NCBI GenBank assembly: GCA_963770105.1
Contig: CAVYOL010000001.1
Coordinates: 296,786 to 360,785 of the forward strand
Origin: an uncultured Acidimicrobiia bacterium
Lineage (GTDB): Bacteria; Actinomycetota; Acidimicrobiia; IMCC26256; JAENVU01
Length of the DNA: 64,000 nt
Reading direction: 5' to 3'
Shown here: positions 49,117 to 58,813 of the stretch, piece after piece
Position numbering within the stretch: position 1 is the first letter of the stretch
Layout of the letters: each line of letters begins with the position of its first letter
Notes under the pieces: model-generated
Told to the model about the DNA's origin: nothing
Database searches by the model: none
Seen by the model: the letters and a program-made list of their open reading frames with translations, nothing else
Program-made: the position numbers and the translations under genes

Positions 49117-49770
49117 CTACGCCGGTGGCGGGTTTTCCGCACTTGCGATCGCGGCGCGCAGCCGCGCCGCGACGAGCGCGTTCGTGAGATCGCCACGCGT
49201 CCGCTCGATGACCGCGCGCAGCGCGTCGGTCGTGCGGCGCAGCCCGCCGGTGATCGCATCGGGGTAGTCGATCGTGACCAGCAACCCGTACACGTCGTCC
49301 ATCGTCGCGAGCAGCATCTCTGCGCGCTCGAGCTGATCGGCGCGCAGGCAGTCAAGGATGTGGCGACGCAGCTCGCTCGCCGCCTCAGCCAATCCGTTGA
49401 GGTAGGCGGGACCCTCCACGCCGAGCGCGTCGGGCATCGGCAGCGCGTCACCGCGAACGAACGCGAGCGTGATGCGCGCCTCCGCATACTCCTTCTTCGC
49501 GTCGTGCAGGTATCCGCCGTGGCGTACGTCGAGGTGCGCGGCGACCGCTTCATCTGCGCGCGCCAGGTGCCCCGCGGCTTCGGCCGCGAGCTCCTCGGCG
49601 CGTTCGAACTCGCCCCGCTGGGTCGCGCGGATCGATGCCGCGGCGCACTGGATCGTCGATCGCGACGCCGCGAGCGTGACCTCGCGCGCCCGGTGCTTCT
49701 CCTCGAGCGCGGCGCGCACCGTCGACCCGGCGTTCGCGATCTCTTCGGCCCGGTCCACGGGCGGCGCCAC
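49117..49770 (-). CDS. translin family protein
   Basis: Intact 217 aa all-helical protein. YLNGLAEAASELRRHILDCL and DDVYGLLVTIDYPDAITGGLRRTTDALRAVIERTRGDL resemble the translin signature. The assignment is from memory. Confidence 0.6.
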   Translation of the reverse strand: MAPPVDRAEEIANAGSTVRAALEEKHRAREVTLAASRSTIQCAAASIRATQRGEFERAEELAAEAAGHLARADEAVAAHLDVRHGGYLHDAKKEYAEARITLAFVRGDALPMPDALGVEGPAYLNGLAEAASELRRHILDCLRADQLERAEMLLATMDDVYGLLVTIDYPDAITGGLRRTTDALRAVIERTRGDLTNALVAARLRAAIASAENPPPA

Positions 49771-49772
49771 CC

Positions 49773-50318
49773 CTAGGAGGAGACGCTGCTGCGCCGCAGC
49801 ACGAGCGAGGGCGCCGGCGCGGGAGCCGGCAGGTAGTGCACCTTCGCCCTGCGCTCGTTCGCGGTCTGCTTCATGCGCACGAGCAGGGCCAGGTACCCGA
49901 CGAGCATGACGTCGGTGAACGCCTGCACCAGGTAGAAGAGCGGGTTGCCCGCGACGACGGCGAGCAGAAGCGTGCTCAGGGCCGCGACGCCCAGGATCAG
50001 CAGGACGTCACGCCGGCGCCGCTGGGCCCGCGTCATCGTCATGGGGCTCGCCATCGGGCTTGTCATCCGGGCCATGCCCGGGGTTCCGGCCGCACCGAGG
50101 GGTCGCGACGGGGGGATCGACGGAGGCATCGCGACCGGGATCGCGGTCGGGGCCTGCCGGCGACGCCGGTGGCCACCCGTCTTGCCGATGACGCCCAGCC
50201 GGTACGTGAAGTCACCGATGGAGTCGGCCCGCCGCCCGGAGCTGCGGCCCGAAAGGATGGGCCACAAGAAGAAGGCCCCCCATAGCGCCGCGAGAACTAG
50301 AAGTACCGGAATCGCCAA
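49773..50318 (-). CDS. membrane protein, hypothetical; ends 2 nt before the translin-like gene start
   Basis: N-terminal TM MAIPVLLVLAALWGAFFLWPIL, a Pro-rich linker, then two further TM segments (VLLILGVAALSTLLLAVV, VMLVGYLALLV). AGGGAG RBS. Confidence 0.55.
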   Translation of the reverse strand: MAIPVLLVLAALWGAFFLWPILSGRSSGRRADSIGDFTYRLGVIGKTGGHRRRRQAPTAIPVAMPPSIPPSRPLGAAGTPGMARMTSPMASPMTMTRAQRRRRDVLLILGVAALSTLLLAVVAGNPLFYLVQAFTDVMLVGYLALLVRMKQTANERRAKVHYLPAPAPAPSLVLRRSSVSS

Positions 50319-50507
50319 GGCTCCCTGTTGCTTTCCGTGAGGCGGACGCTAACAAGCGAGGGGCGAGAAACGGTGGATTCCCATGTCCTCCGCCCTCCGC
50401 AGAACCAGGTCGACCCTAGACCGGGCCGTTCGCCGGCGTCGAGCCGACTCCCGAACAGACGTTCGCCAACCGGGCCCGGCGGTGGCACTGACCTGGGGAA
50501 ACCGGCC

Positions 50508-51008
50508 TCAGAGGGCGAAGTCGTCGCCGTCGCGGCCGGGCCGGCGCCAGACGCCGGAACGCCCGCCGGTCTTCTCCCAGAGCGCCACATCACCGATCGT
50601 CATACCCCGATCGAGCGATTTACACATGTCGTAGATCGTCAAGGCAGCAATCGTGCAGGCAGTGAGGGCCTCCATCTCGACGCCGGTCCGGTCGAACGTG
50701 TCGACCTGGCTCTCGACCTCGACGTGGGCCTCCTCGATCCGGAAGTTCACGAAGACGGAACCGACGAGCAACGGGTGGCACAGGGGCAGCAGGTTGGCGG
50801 TCTGCTTGGCCGCCTGGATGCCCGCCACCCGGGCCACGGCGAGCACGTCGCCCTTGGTGATCGCGCCCGAGGCGATCCGGGACGCCGTCTCGGGCTTCAT
50901 GTAGACCCGGCAGCGGGCCACGGCCCGCCGGTGACTGGGATCCTTGGCGGAGACGTCCACCATCCGGGCGCGGCCGAGCGGGTCGAGATGCGTGAACTCC
51001 GAAGCCAT
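50508..51008 (-). CDS. moaC: cyclic pyranopterin monophosphate synthase MoaC
   Basis: MVDVSAK, KGDVLAVARVAGIQAAKQTANLLPLCHPL, GVEMEALTA..IAALTIYDMCK. Confidence 0.9.
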   Translation of the reverse strand: MASEFTHLDPLGRARMVDVSAKDPSHRRAVARCRVYMKPETASRIASGAITKGDVLAVARVAGIQAAKQTANLLPLCHPLLVGSVFVNFRIEEAHVEVESQVDTFDRTGVEMEALTACTIAALTIYDMCKSLDRGMTIGDVALWEKTGGRSGVWRRPGRDGDDFAL

Positions 51009-51030
51009 CCCGACAGTCTAGGGGCGGCCG

Positions 51031-52052
51031 CTATCCGCCGATCTGGCTCATCGAGCGCGACGGGCGGACGAAGGTCGACCTGCCCGATCCGGTGACCCGC
51101 CCATTTCGTGCCCACCGCGGCCTCGATCGCGGCGGCGAGGTCGTCGTCGGTGCCGCCGTCGCGCAGCGATCGCCCGCAGGTCCGTCTCGTCGAGCGCGAA
51201 CAGGCAGGTCCGGAACTTGCCCTCGGCGGTGATCCGGACCCGGTCGCAGCTGGCGCAGAAGGGCTCGGTGACGCTCGCGATCACCCCGACGTCGCCCCGG
51301 CCGTCCCGGTAGCGGACCCGGGCCGCGGGCTCGACGTGGGCGTCCGGCGGTGGCTCCGCCGCCCGCTCGAGCGGGTACACGGCGTCGATCCGGTCGAGGA
51401 TCTCCTGGGACGGCACGACCTGGTCCATCGTCCATTCGCCCACGGCGTCGAGCGGCATGAACTCGATGAACCGGACCCCGACGCCCCGGTCCCGGCCGAA
51501 TCCGGCGATCTCGACGACCTCGTCGTCGTTGACCCCCCGGATCACGACGACGTTCATCTTCACGGGGCTGAGCCCGGCATCGAGCGCCGCGTCGATCCCG
51601 GCCAGGACCCGGTCGAGCTCGTCGCGGCGGGTCAGGACCTTGAAGGTCTCCGGGTGGAGCGTGTCGAGGGAGACGTTGACCCGGTCGAGCCCGGCGGCGG
51701 CCAGGTCGTGGGCCAGCTCCGGGAGCCGGACGCCGTTCGTGGTCATCGCGAGGTCGACGCCGAGCGGGGCGAGCAGCTCGAAGAGGCGGGGCAGGTGGGC
51801 CCGGACGGTGGGCTCGCCGCCGGTGATCCGGATCCCGTCGAAGCCCCAGCGCTCGACGCAGATCCGGGCGATCCGGGCCAGCTCCTCGTAGCTCAGCAGC
51901 TCGGATCGGGGGAGCCACTGCATCCCCTCGGCCGGCATGCAGTACGTGCAGCGGAAGTTGCACCGATCGGTCACGGACAGCCGCAGATCGTGCACCCGGC
52001 GGGCGAACGGATCGATCAGGGGCACCGCAGTGCGGATCGGGGTGACGGCCAT
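51031..52052 (-). pseudogene. moaA: GTP 3',8-cyclase MoaA (radical SAM) with 2 C-terminal frameshifts (near 51170 and 51075)
   Basis: LRLSVTDRCNFRCTYCMP (CxxxCxxC), RITGGEPT and the C-terminal cluster FCASCDRVRITAEGKFRTCLF. The tail GTDDDLAAAIEAAVGTKWAGHRIGQVD / FVRPSRSMSQIGG lies in other frames. Confidence 0.9.
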
Positions 52053-52084
52053 CCCCCTCAGCGTACGCCCGCCCTTCTCCCTCC

Positions 52085-52133
52085 GTTCTCGGCACGCTCG
52101 ACCGCTCCCAGGGCGGTCCAACGTGCCGAGAAC
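52085..52133. repeat. compound palindromic element, copy 1, about 33 nt upstream of the moaA start
   Basis: GTTCTCGGCACG-ctc-GACCGC-tcccagg-GCGGTC-caa-CGTGCCGAGAAC. The outer arms are a perfect 12 bp inverted repeat with a nested 6 bp stem. It is related to the copy at 59541-59604. Confidence 0.6.
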
Positions 52134-52397
52134 ACCGAGTGGGAGAGACCCTTGTCACTTTTTGGGTCGGTTGCCCTATTTCAATCCCGCGCGGAGAGTG
52201 GTTTGATGTGCTCAGCCGGTGCCGCTGGGAGGCGGGTACCGGAACCTGACAACTGAGACAGGTCACACCTCGGGGAGGCGTTGATCCGCAGGCGATCCAC
52301 TTGGTCGCATGAGCCTGCGGGGAGCCAGTGCGAAACCGGCCCCAGCCAACAACTGGGGCTTGTTCTCACTGATGCTCATGGACGCACCGAGGTGCTC

Positions 52398-52832
52398 ATG
52401 CGACCGACCTCCCACAACACGGCACGCCGGCTCCTCATCACCGGCACGGTGGCGCTCTCCTTCGCCGCTCTCGCCGTCGCCCTCACCATCTCCGAGGGTG
52501 GAGCCGCTACGAACAGCTCGGGCAGGGATCTCGCGCCGGCAGTCGCCGACGCGCCCACGGGTGTGGTCGTGGCGGCGGACAGGGACGCCACGGCCGAAAG
52601 CTCTTCTGTGATCGCGGCCGCGGTCAGCAGCGTGGTTCGGACGGGGGCCACAGCAGCGACCGCGACCGTGACGGGCGGTGCAGCTGCGACGGGGGCGTCC
52701 GCAGCTGCACTGCCCGACACCACTGGCTCGGGCACCGTGCTGGCCATGAGCGGCGTGTTCCTCACGCTGTGCGCCGCCGCGGTCTGGGCACTCCTGCGCA
52801 CGAGCGGCAGGGAGCAGCACCGCACCAACTGA
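52398..52832 (+). CDS. small Ala/Thr-rich secreted protein with a sortase-signal-like C-terminus
   Basis: Signal anchor MRPTSHNTARRLLITGTVALSFAALAVALT, a low-complexity A/T/S/G core, then LPDTTGSG plus the hydrophobic stretch TVLAMSGVFLTLCAAAVWALL and a basic tail RTSGREQHR. Confidence 0.5.
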   Translation: MRPTSHNTARRLLITGTVALSFAALAVALTISEGGAATNSSGRDLAPAVADAPTGVVVAADRDATAESSSVIAAAVSSVVRTGATAATATVTGGAAATGASAAALPDTTGSGTVLAMSGVFLTLCAAAVWALLRTSGREQHRTN

Positions 52833-52964
52833 TTTGGCACGACAGATTGCGCGAGGGAGGCGAGTGCCCGGGGCTCATACCCCGGGCACTCCCACGTCCG
52901 CACACCGGGTCACTCCGAGCGCCCGCACTTCGAGGCCACAGGAATGGTCGCCCCTCCTCCGCTC

Positions 52965-54178
52965 CTACCCCTCCAGGAGCATGACGCGGACGGTCGCGCC
53001 CGCCTCCACGCCGTCACCGTCGGGCAGCAGCGCGAGGCCGTTCGCCAGTGCCAGCCCGGCCAACGCGTTGCTGGCCTGCACGCCGCTGCGCTCCGCGACG
53101 TAGTGACCGTCCTCGTAGTGGACGACGACACGGTCCAGGTGGAGCTTGTCGTCGGGCCGGCGCGGCATCGCGCTCGCCGCGATCGCGTCGACCTCGCGCC
53201 GGTGCAGCTCGCTGTGGCCCGACATCTTCCGCAACGCGGGCCGGGCGAAGAGCTCGAAGCTCACGTGTGAGCTGACCGGGTTGCCCGGCAGCCCGAAGAG
53301 CGGGACGCCGCGGAGCACACCGAAGGCGAACGGCTTCGCGGGCTTGATCGCGACCTGCCACCACTGCAGCACGCCGAGCCGGTCGAGCACGGCCTTGACC
53401 ACGTCGTAGTCACCGACCGAGACCCCGCCGCTGGTGATCACCGCGTCACAGGTGCCGAGCGCGTCCTCGAGCGTGCGCTCGACGTACGCCTCGTCGTCGT
53501 GCGCGATCCCGAGGTTGACCGCGTCGGCGCCGGCCGCGCGCAGCATGGCGAGGAGCATCGGACGGTTGGAGTCGCGGATCTGGCCCGGCGCGAGCGCGCC
53601 CGGGCCTTCGCGCAGCTCGTCACCGGTCGACAGGACTCCGACGCGGGCCGCGGGGACACCGCGACCTCGACCAACCCAAGGCTCGCGATCACCCCGAGGT
53701 GCGCGGGGCCGAGCACCGTGCCGGCGCTCGAACACTCGTTGCCCGGCGACGACGTCGCCTCCGGCGGCGCGCGAAGTGGTCGCCCACGGTCGCGGGGTGC
53801 ATCACGAGGACGCCGATCCGTCCCGTCCCGCAGCGTGCGCTCCACCATCACGATCGCGTCCGCGCCGTCGGGGATCGGCGCGCCCGTCATGATCCGGATC
53901 GCCTCGCCCGGTCCGACCGCAACCGTCGGCGCGTGCCCGGCCGGCAGATCGCCCACGACGCGCAGCGACGCGGGCGCGCCCTCGGACGCGCCCGCGGTGT
54001 CCGCGGCGCGCACCGCGTACCCGTCCATCGCAGTGTTCGCGAACGGCGGCACCGGTTCGGTCGCGACGACGGCGTCCGCCAGCACGAGGCCCAGGGCGTC
54101 GGCGAGCGGAGTGGGGACGGGCGCGAGCACCGCCACCGACCGGAGGACCTCCGCCTGGACGTCTTCGAGGGGGATCAC
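52965..54178 (-). pseudogene. moeA: molybdopterin molybdenumtransferase MoeA with 3 or more frameshifts between about 53650 and 53820
   Basis: (M)[11 protein letters not shown]..., [61 protein letters not shown]...LFGLPGNPVSS. The middle part alternates between two frames. Confidence 0.85.
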
Positions 54179-54225
54179 CGACTGACGGTACCGCCCCGCC
54201 GCCGCGGCTTCGACGAGACCTCGGC

Positions 54226-55111
54226 CTAGACCAGACCGCGCTTGCGCAGGAGGTCGATCAGGAACAGCTCGAGCTCGGGACCGATGTCGGGGCGGTCGAG
54301 CGCGAGCTCGACGTTGGCCCGGAGGAAGTCCACCTTCTGCCCGATGTCGTACCGGCCGTCGACGAACGTGCGCCCGTAGACCGTCTGGGTCTCGTTCAGC
54401 AGCGCGATCGCGTCCGTGATCTGCAGCTCGCCACCGACACCGGGCTCGGTGCGGTCCAGCGCGTCGAAGATCTCGGGCGTGAACACGTAGCGGCCGATGA
54501 CCGCGAGGTTCGACGGTGCGTCTTCCTTCTTCGGCTTCTCCACGATCGACCGGACGCGCACGAGGTTCTCCTCGACCGCTTCCGGCTCGACGCAGCCGTA
54601 GGACGAGATCTGCTCGGGGAGGACCTCCATGAGCGCGAGCACCGACCGGCCGTAGCGCTCGTGGACGTCGAGCATCGAGCGGAGGAGCTTCGACTCGTCG
54701 ACCATGATGTCGTCGCCGAGCAGGACCGCGAAGGGCTCGTCGCCCACGTGCTCCCGGGCGATGGAGATCGCGTGGCCGAGACCGAGCGGGTCCTTCTGGC
54801 GGATGTAGTGGATGTTGCCGAGGTCCGAGGTCTCCTGGACCTCCTTCAGCAGGTCGTCGCGGCCCTTCTGCTCGAGGTAGTACTCGAGCTCGAAGTTGCG
54901 GTCGAAGTGGTCCTCGATCGCCCGCTTGCCCCGGCCGGTGATGATGAGGATGTCGGTCAGACCCGGCCCGAACCGCTTCCTCGACCACGTACTGGATCGA
55001 CGGCTTGTCGACGACCGGGAGCATCTCCTTGGGCTGGCTCTTGGTCACCGGGAGGAACCGGGTGCCGAGGCCTGCAGCCGGGATCACTGCCTTGCGGACC
55101 GGGCTCGTCAT
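54226..55111 (-). pseudogene. galU: UTP--glucose-1-phosphate uridylyltransferase GalU with a frameshift near 54965
   Basis: [40 protein letters not shown] is in one frame. [20 protein letters not shown]...VLLGDD...VEKPK...[13 protein letters not shown] is in another. Confidence 0.9.
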
Positions 55112-55217
55112 CGAACGTCTCTCCTCACGCATCGAGTCACGCCTCGCTCTGCGGGCACGAGGTTAGTGGCGTACCCCGGGTTCTCGGCAGGCGAACCGCC
55201 CGAGTTGACCCGGGCCG

Positions 55218-55847
55218 TCAGCTCGGCGAATCGGGCCGCGAATCGGTCCCGCCGGTCCGGTGCTCCCGCCCCTCGAACAGCCGGCGGACGTTGGCCGCGT
55301 GCCGCGCGATCACGACGACGGCGAGGGCGGCGATCGCCACGATCTCGGCCGGGCCGTAGCCGGCGACCGCCACCAGGACCGGGAACAGGACCGCGCAGAG
55401 CAGCGACGCGACCGACGCGAGCTTGAGCACCCGGGCGACGACGAACCACACGACCGCGAGGACCAGCACGATCACCGGGTAGAGGACGATGAGCATCCCA
55501 CCGGCCGTGGCGACCCCTTTGCCACCTTTGAGCTTCCGGGTGACGGGGAACATGTGGCCGACGACGGCGGCGATGCCCGAGCGCGAAGGCCCCGCCCCGG
55601 CCGGCGACGGCCAGGCCCACCCCGCTGGCGATCGCCCCCTTGGCGAAGTCGGCGAGGAGCACGACGAGGCCGGCCTTCCAGCCCATCAACCGGGCCACGT
55701 TGGAGGCGCCGGGGTTGCCCGAACCCTCCGTGAGGACGTCGTGGCCGCCGACGCGGGCCATCGAGCAGCGCGCTCGGGAAGGTGCCCGAGGAAGTACGCC
55801 GGCACCAACAGCACCAAGGCGAGAGAGAGGTCGCTCACGCCCCCCAT
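55218..55847 (-). pseudogene. plsY: glycerol-3-phosphate acyltransferase PlsY with about 3 frameshifts
   Basis: LALVLLVPAYFLG / GTFPSALL / GGHDVLTEGSGNPGASNVARLMGWKAGLVVLLADFAKG / VVGHMFPVTRKLKGGKGVATAGG are found in successive frames. Confidence 0.8.
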
Positions 55848-55981
55848 TCAAGGCGATGGAACACTCCGAGGCTCGCAGCGTTGAGCAAACAAGAGGTCGG
55901 TTACCATGTGGCACTCGCACGGTGCGAGTGCCAGCGGGGGCCGTCGAAGCCCACCGCGAGTGATCACGAGGTCGAACCCGG

Positions 55982-56380
55982 ATGCCCACCTACGAGTACG
56001 AATGCGCCAAGTGTGGGGAGCATGTCGAGGCGTTCCAGACCTTCAGCGAAGAGCCCCTGCGCCGGCACAACCAGTGCGAGGGCAGCAAGTGCACCGGGAC
56101 CCTCCAGAAGGTCTTCTCGCCCGTCGGGATCGTCCTGAAGGGCTCCGGCTTCTACAAGAACGACAGCCGGGACTCGTCCCGCTCGAAGTCGAAGGCCTCC
56201 TCCTCGGCGGCGGAGTCGAAGTCCTCGGACTCGAGCTCGGACTCGAAGGCCTCGGACACCACGTCGGACGCGAAGGCGACGGCCACCAAGTCGAACAGCT
56301 CGAGCTCCTCCGGCTCGTCCAACGGCTCGGGTGACTCGAACAAGAAGGCCACCGCCAAGCCGGCCAAGAAGTCGGCCTGA
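55982..56380 (+). CDS. FmdB-family zinc-ribbon protein with a long Ser/Lys-rich tail
   Basis: MPTYEYECAKCGEHVEAFQ...CEGSKCTGTLQKVFS (CxxC...CxxxC), then an S/K/D-rich low-complexity tail. Confidence 0.85.
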   Translation: MPTYEYECAKCGEHVEAFQTFSEEPLRRHNQCEGSKCTGTLQKVFSPVGIVLKGSGFYKNDSRDSSRSKSKASSSAAESKSSDSSSDSKASDTTSDAKATATKSNSSSSSGSSNGSGDSNKKATAKPAKKSA

Positions 56381-56477
56381 GCTCCCGCTCGACCCTCGCG
56401 GTGCCCGCCGGTTCCCCCCGGCGCTGAGCCCGCCACGACTTCCCCCCATTCCCGCTCCATGCCGGAAGGGGTCAGCC

Positions 56478-57140
56478 ATGCTTCGCCGCTCCCCGCGCGC
56501 GGTCCTGCTCTGGACCGCCGCCGTGATCGTCGCCCTGGTGACAGCCGGGTACGTCGCGAACATCCTCGTCTCGCTCCGCCACCAGGACGAGGCCTTCGGA
56601 CGGGTCCACACCGTCGTCGTCGCGTCCCGGGACCTGCCGCTGGGCCGGCGGGTCCGCGTGGGTGATCTCGCCGACCGCCACGTGCGCGGTGAGGCCGACG
56701 AGCCGGGCGCGCTGACCCGGCGCGCCGCCGCGCTCGGCCGCGTGGTTGTGGTCCCGTTGCTGCGCGGTGCCGTCATCACCAACCGCAACCTCGCCGCGCA
56801 CCGCCGGGACGGGCGCGACGGCACGGTGCCGGCCGGGCTCCGCTCGATGCGCGTCGTGATCGAGGGTGGCGTGCGCCCGCGCCCGGGTGACCCGGTGGAC
56901 ATCTACGCGACGTTCGACCCGCAGACCGTCGGCGCCGACGCGGAGCCGACGTTGACCGTCGCGAGCGCGGTTCCCGTGATCGCCGTCGACACCGACGACG
57001 GCACGAGCGTGGACGGGCACGGCGCGGCGATCGGCGTCACCGTGCTCGTCGCTCCCGACGCGGCCAAGCGCCTCGCGTTCGCCACCGCCGCCGGCACGCT
57101 CGCCCTCGCGATCGCCCCACCCGAGTCCGCCGCCCCCTGA
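56478..57140 (+). CDS. SAF-domain / CpaB-like membrane-anchored protein
   Basis: TM MLRRSPRAVLLWTAAVIVALVTAGYV, then VVVASRDLPLGRRVRVGDL (SAF-like) and RVVIEGGVRPRPGDPVDIYA. Confidence 0.65.
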   Translation: MLRRSPRAVLLWTAAVIVALVTAGYVANILVSLRHQDEAFGRVHTVVVASRDLPLGRRVRVGDLADRHVRGEADEPGALTRRAAALGRVVVVPLLRGAVITNRNLAAHRRDGRDGTVPAGLRSMRVVIEGGVRPRPGDPVDIYATFDPQTVGADAEPTLTVASAVPVIAVDTDDGTSVDGHGAAIGVTVLVAPDAAKRLAFATAAGTLALAIAPPESAAP

Positions 57141-57153
57141 CCCGCTCCCCGTT

Positions 57154-57206
57154 CCGCCGTTTGTTGCAAAAGGGTCGCCTGTGGACCCGAACGCAACCAA
57201 CGGCGG
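57154..57206. terminator. nested hairpin between convergent genes; candidate bidirectional terminator (no U-tract)
   Basis: CCGCCGTTTGTTGC, 25 nt spacer, GCAACCAACGGCGG (13 of 14 positions complementary), with an inner stem GGGTC/GACCC. Confidence 0.35.
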
Positions 57207-57219
57207 GGGGTTGGGTCGA

Positions 57220-58704
57220 TCAGCCGGGGATGTGGGAGTGGACGGCGGCGCGGTGGATCGACACGGCGTCGGCGGGCTGCACGAACCCTTCGTGGACGGC
57301 TCGCGCGGTGGCCCGGTCGACGGCGCGGACGTACGCGGCGTGGGTCGGGTACAGCGCCTTGAGTGTCGCGGCGTCGAACTTGACCGTCGTGCCGAAGAGG
57401 CCGCAGAACGCCGAGCCGGTCTGGCCCGAGCCCGACAGCGCGGCGATCGGCGCGTCGACGGCCGCGGTGCGGATCCCGCCCTCCGCGTTGCCGTGCGCGT
57501 CGCGGACGATGGCTCCCGTCGCGTCGGTCCGGAGGCGCGGCGCGTGCGGCGGTGGGCCGCCACCGCGCACCCAGCGATCGAGCTTCGTGAACGCCGCCCC
57601 GACGAGGAACTGCTCCGGACCCTGGTTCACCGGCGTCGCGCACGTGATGAACCCACCCGCGGCGCTGCTGGTCGGCGGGAGGTAGGACGTGTCCTTCGCC
57701 GCGTGCCCGGCGTCGGTGGCGCCGACTTCGAGCTGGTACAGGTCCGCGTGCGCGGTCCCTGCGGTCTCCCAGAGACGGAAGTGCTTCGAGTCGGGCTGGG
57801 TCGCCTTGAGGTAGGAGAGCCCGACGACGTCCGTCTCGGTCTGGAACGTGAGCACCGGCACGTCGATGTCGGTCCGGGTCAGCGCGACGGGCGGCGACAC
57901 CTCGTTGGCACCGATCGGCGCCGAACCGCCGGCCCGGCTGTGCACGAGGAACCCGTCGTACACGTGCGCGAGCGGCTGGATCGCGTTGATGTAGGTCGTG
58001 AGCCGGATCGCGGACTGCGACTCGCCGATCGCGATCAGCCGCCGCGGGTGGAGCGGACCGAGCGCCTTCACCGTGCCGGGGTGACGGAGCGCCTGCGCGA
58101 CCTGGGTGAAGATGCCGTACGAGTAGGCGTCGCCCGGGTGGTGCAGCGCCCCGTACCGAGCGGGGTCGTAGAGCTTGAGCGGGCCACCGGAGCTCCCTCC
58201 GAGCCCGAGCCCCGGCCCTTCGACGCCCACCTGCTGGGCCGACACCCCGACCCACGCGTAGCCCTCGCGCAGCAGCGTCGTGTGGAGGTAGGTCCAGTCC
58301 GGACCCGCGTCGACTCCGCCGGAGACGTTGAGCCATTCGACGACGACGGTCCCATTGAAGTCCTTGGCCCGCGCAGGCCGTCGGACGACGATGCGGGTCG
58401 TGTACGGCGCGGTCGGTCCCGGTGTCGCGGTCCAGCGTCCGTCCTCTGCCAGCGTCCCCGTCGACGTGTAGCTCGGCGCGTTGCCGGAGACGAAGAACTC
58501 CTGCTCCGTGTAGCCGAACGGGTGCAGGTTGATCGTCGTCGACGCGACGTACGGCTCGCCCTTCCCGCCGTGCACCGGTCCCGAGACCGTCGGCTGATCC
58601 GCGCTCGTGGCCGCGGCCGCCGGTCCCACCGCGACGAGCCCGGACAACGCGGCGACCACCACGAACCCGATCGCGGCCGGAGCCACCACGCGCCTCGTCC
58701 TCAT
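57220..58704 (-). CDS. secreted alpha/beta-hydrolase-domain protein
   Basis: Signal peptide MRTRRVVAPAAIGFVVVAALSGLVAVGPAAA and a nucleophile-elbow-like IGESQS. GAGGGGG RBS. Intact 494 aa. Confidence 0.6.
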   Translation of the reverse strand: MRTRRVVAPAAIGFVVVAALSGLVAVGPAAAATSADQPTVSGPVHGGKGEPYVASTTINLHPFGYTEQEFFVSGNAPSYTSTGTLAEDGRWTATPGPTAPYTTRIVVRRPARAKDFNGTVVVEWLNVSGGVDAGPDWTYLHTTLLREGYAWVGVSAQQVGVEGPGLGLGGSSGGPLKLYDPARYGALHHPGDAYSYGIFTQVAQALRHPGTVKALGPLHPRRLIAIGESQSAIRLTTYINAIQPLAHVYDGFLVHSRAGGSAPIGANEVSPPVALTRTDIDVPVLTFQTETDVVGLSYLKATQPDSKHFRLWETAGTAHADLYQLEVGATDAGHAAKDTSYLPPTSSAAGGFITCATPVNQGPEQFLVGAAFTKLDRWVRGGGPPPHAPRLRTDATGAIVRDAHGNAEGGIRTAAVDAPIAALSGSGQTGSAFCGLFGTTVKFDAATLKALYPTHAAYVRAVDRATARAVHEGFVQPADAVSIHRAAVHSHIPG

Positions 58705-58813
58705 GCCGCCCCCTCGGACCGGACCGACGTCCGGCCGCGGCGGCGAACCTAGTGGAGGCCCGGGCTCGTGCCCCGTCGGCGGTCCGGCACCGGCAGCCGG
58801 TACCCTCCCGCTC

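Noticed and set aside
50319-50507. 189 bp spacer between moaC and the downstream membrane protein gene, considered as a possible small RNA or terminator.
   Set aside because: There is no clear stem-loop with a U-tract and no repeat or motif I could support. It may simply hold the promoter and RBS (AGGGAG) of the downstream gene.
52053-52280. Possible Moco riboswitch in the moaA leader.
   Set aside because: The only strong structure is a perfect palindrome that recurs in a non-leader context at 59541-59604. I could not find the multi-stem architecture or conserved loops I associate with the Moco RNA motif. An Rfam scan would settle this.
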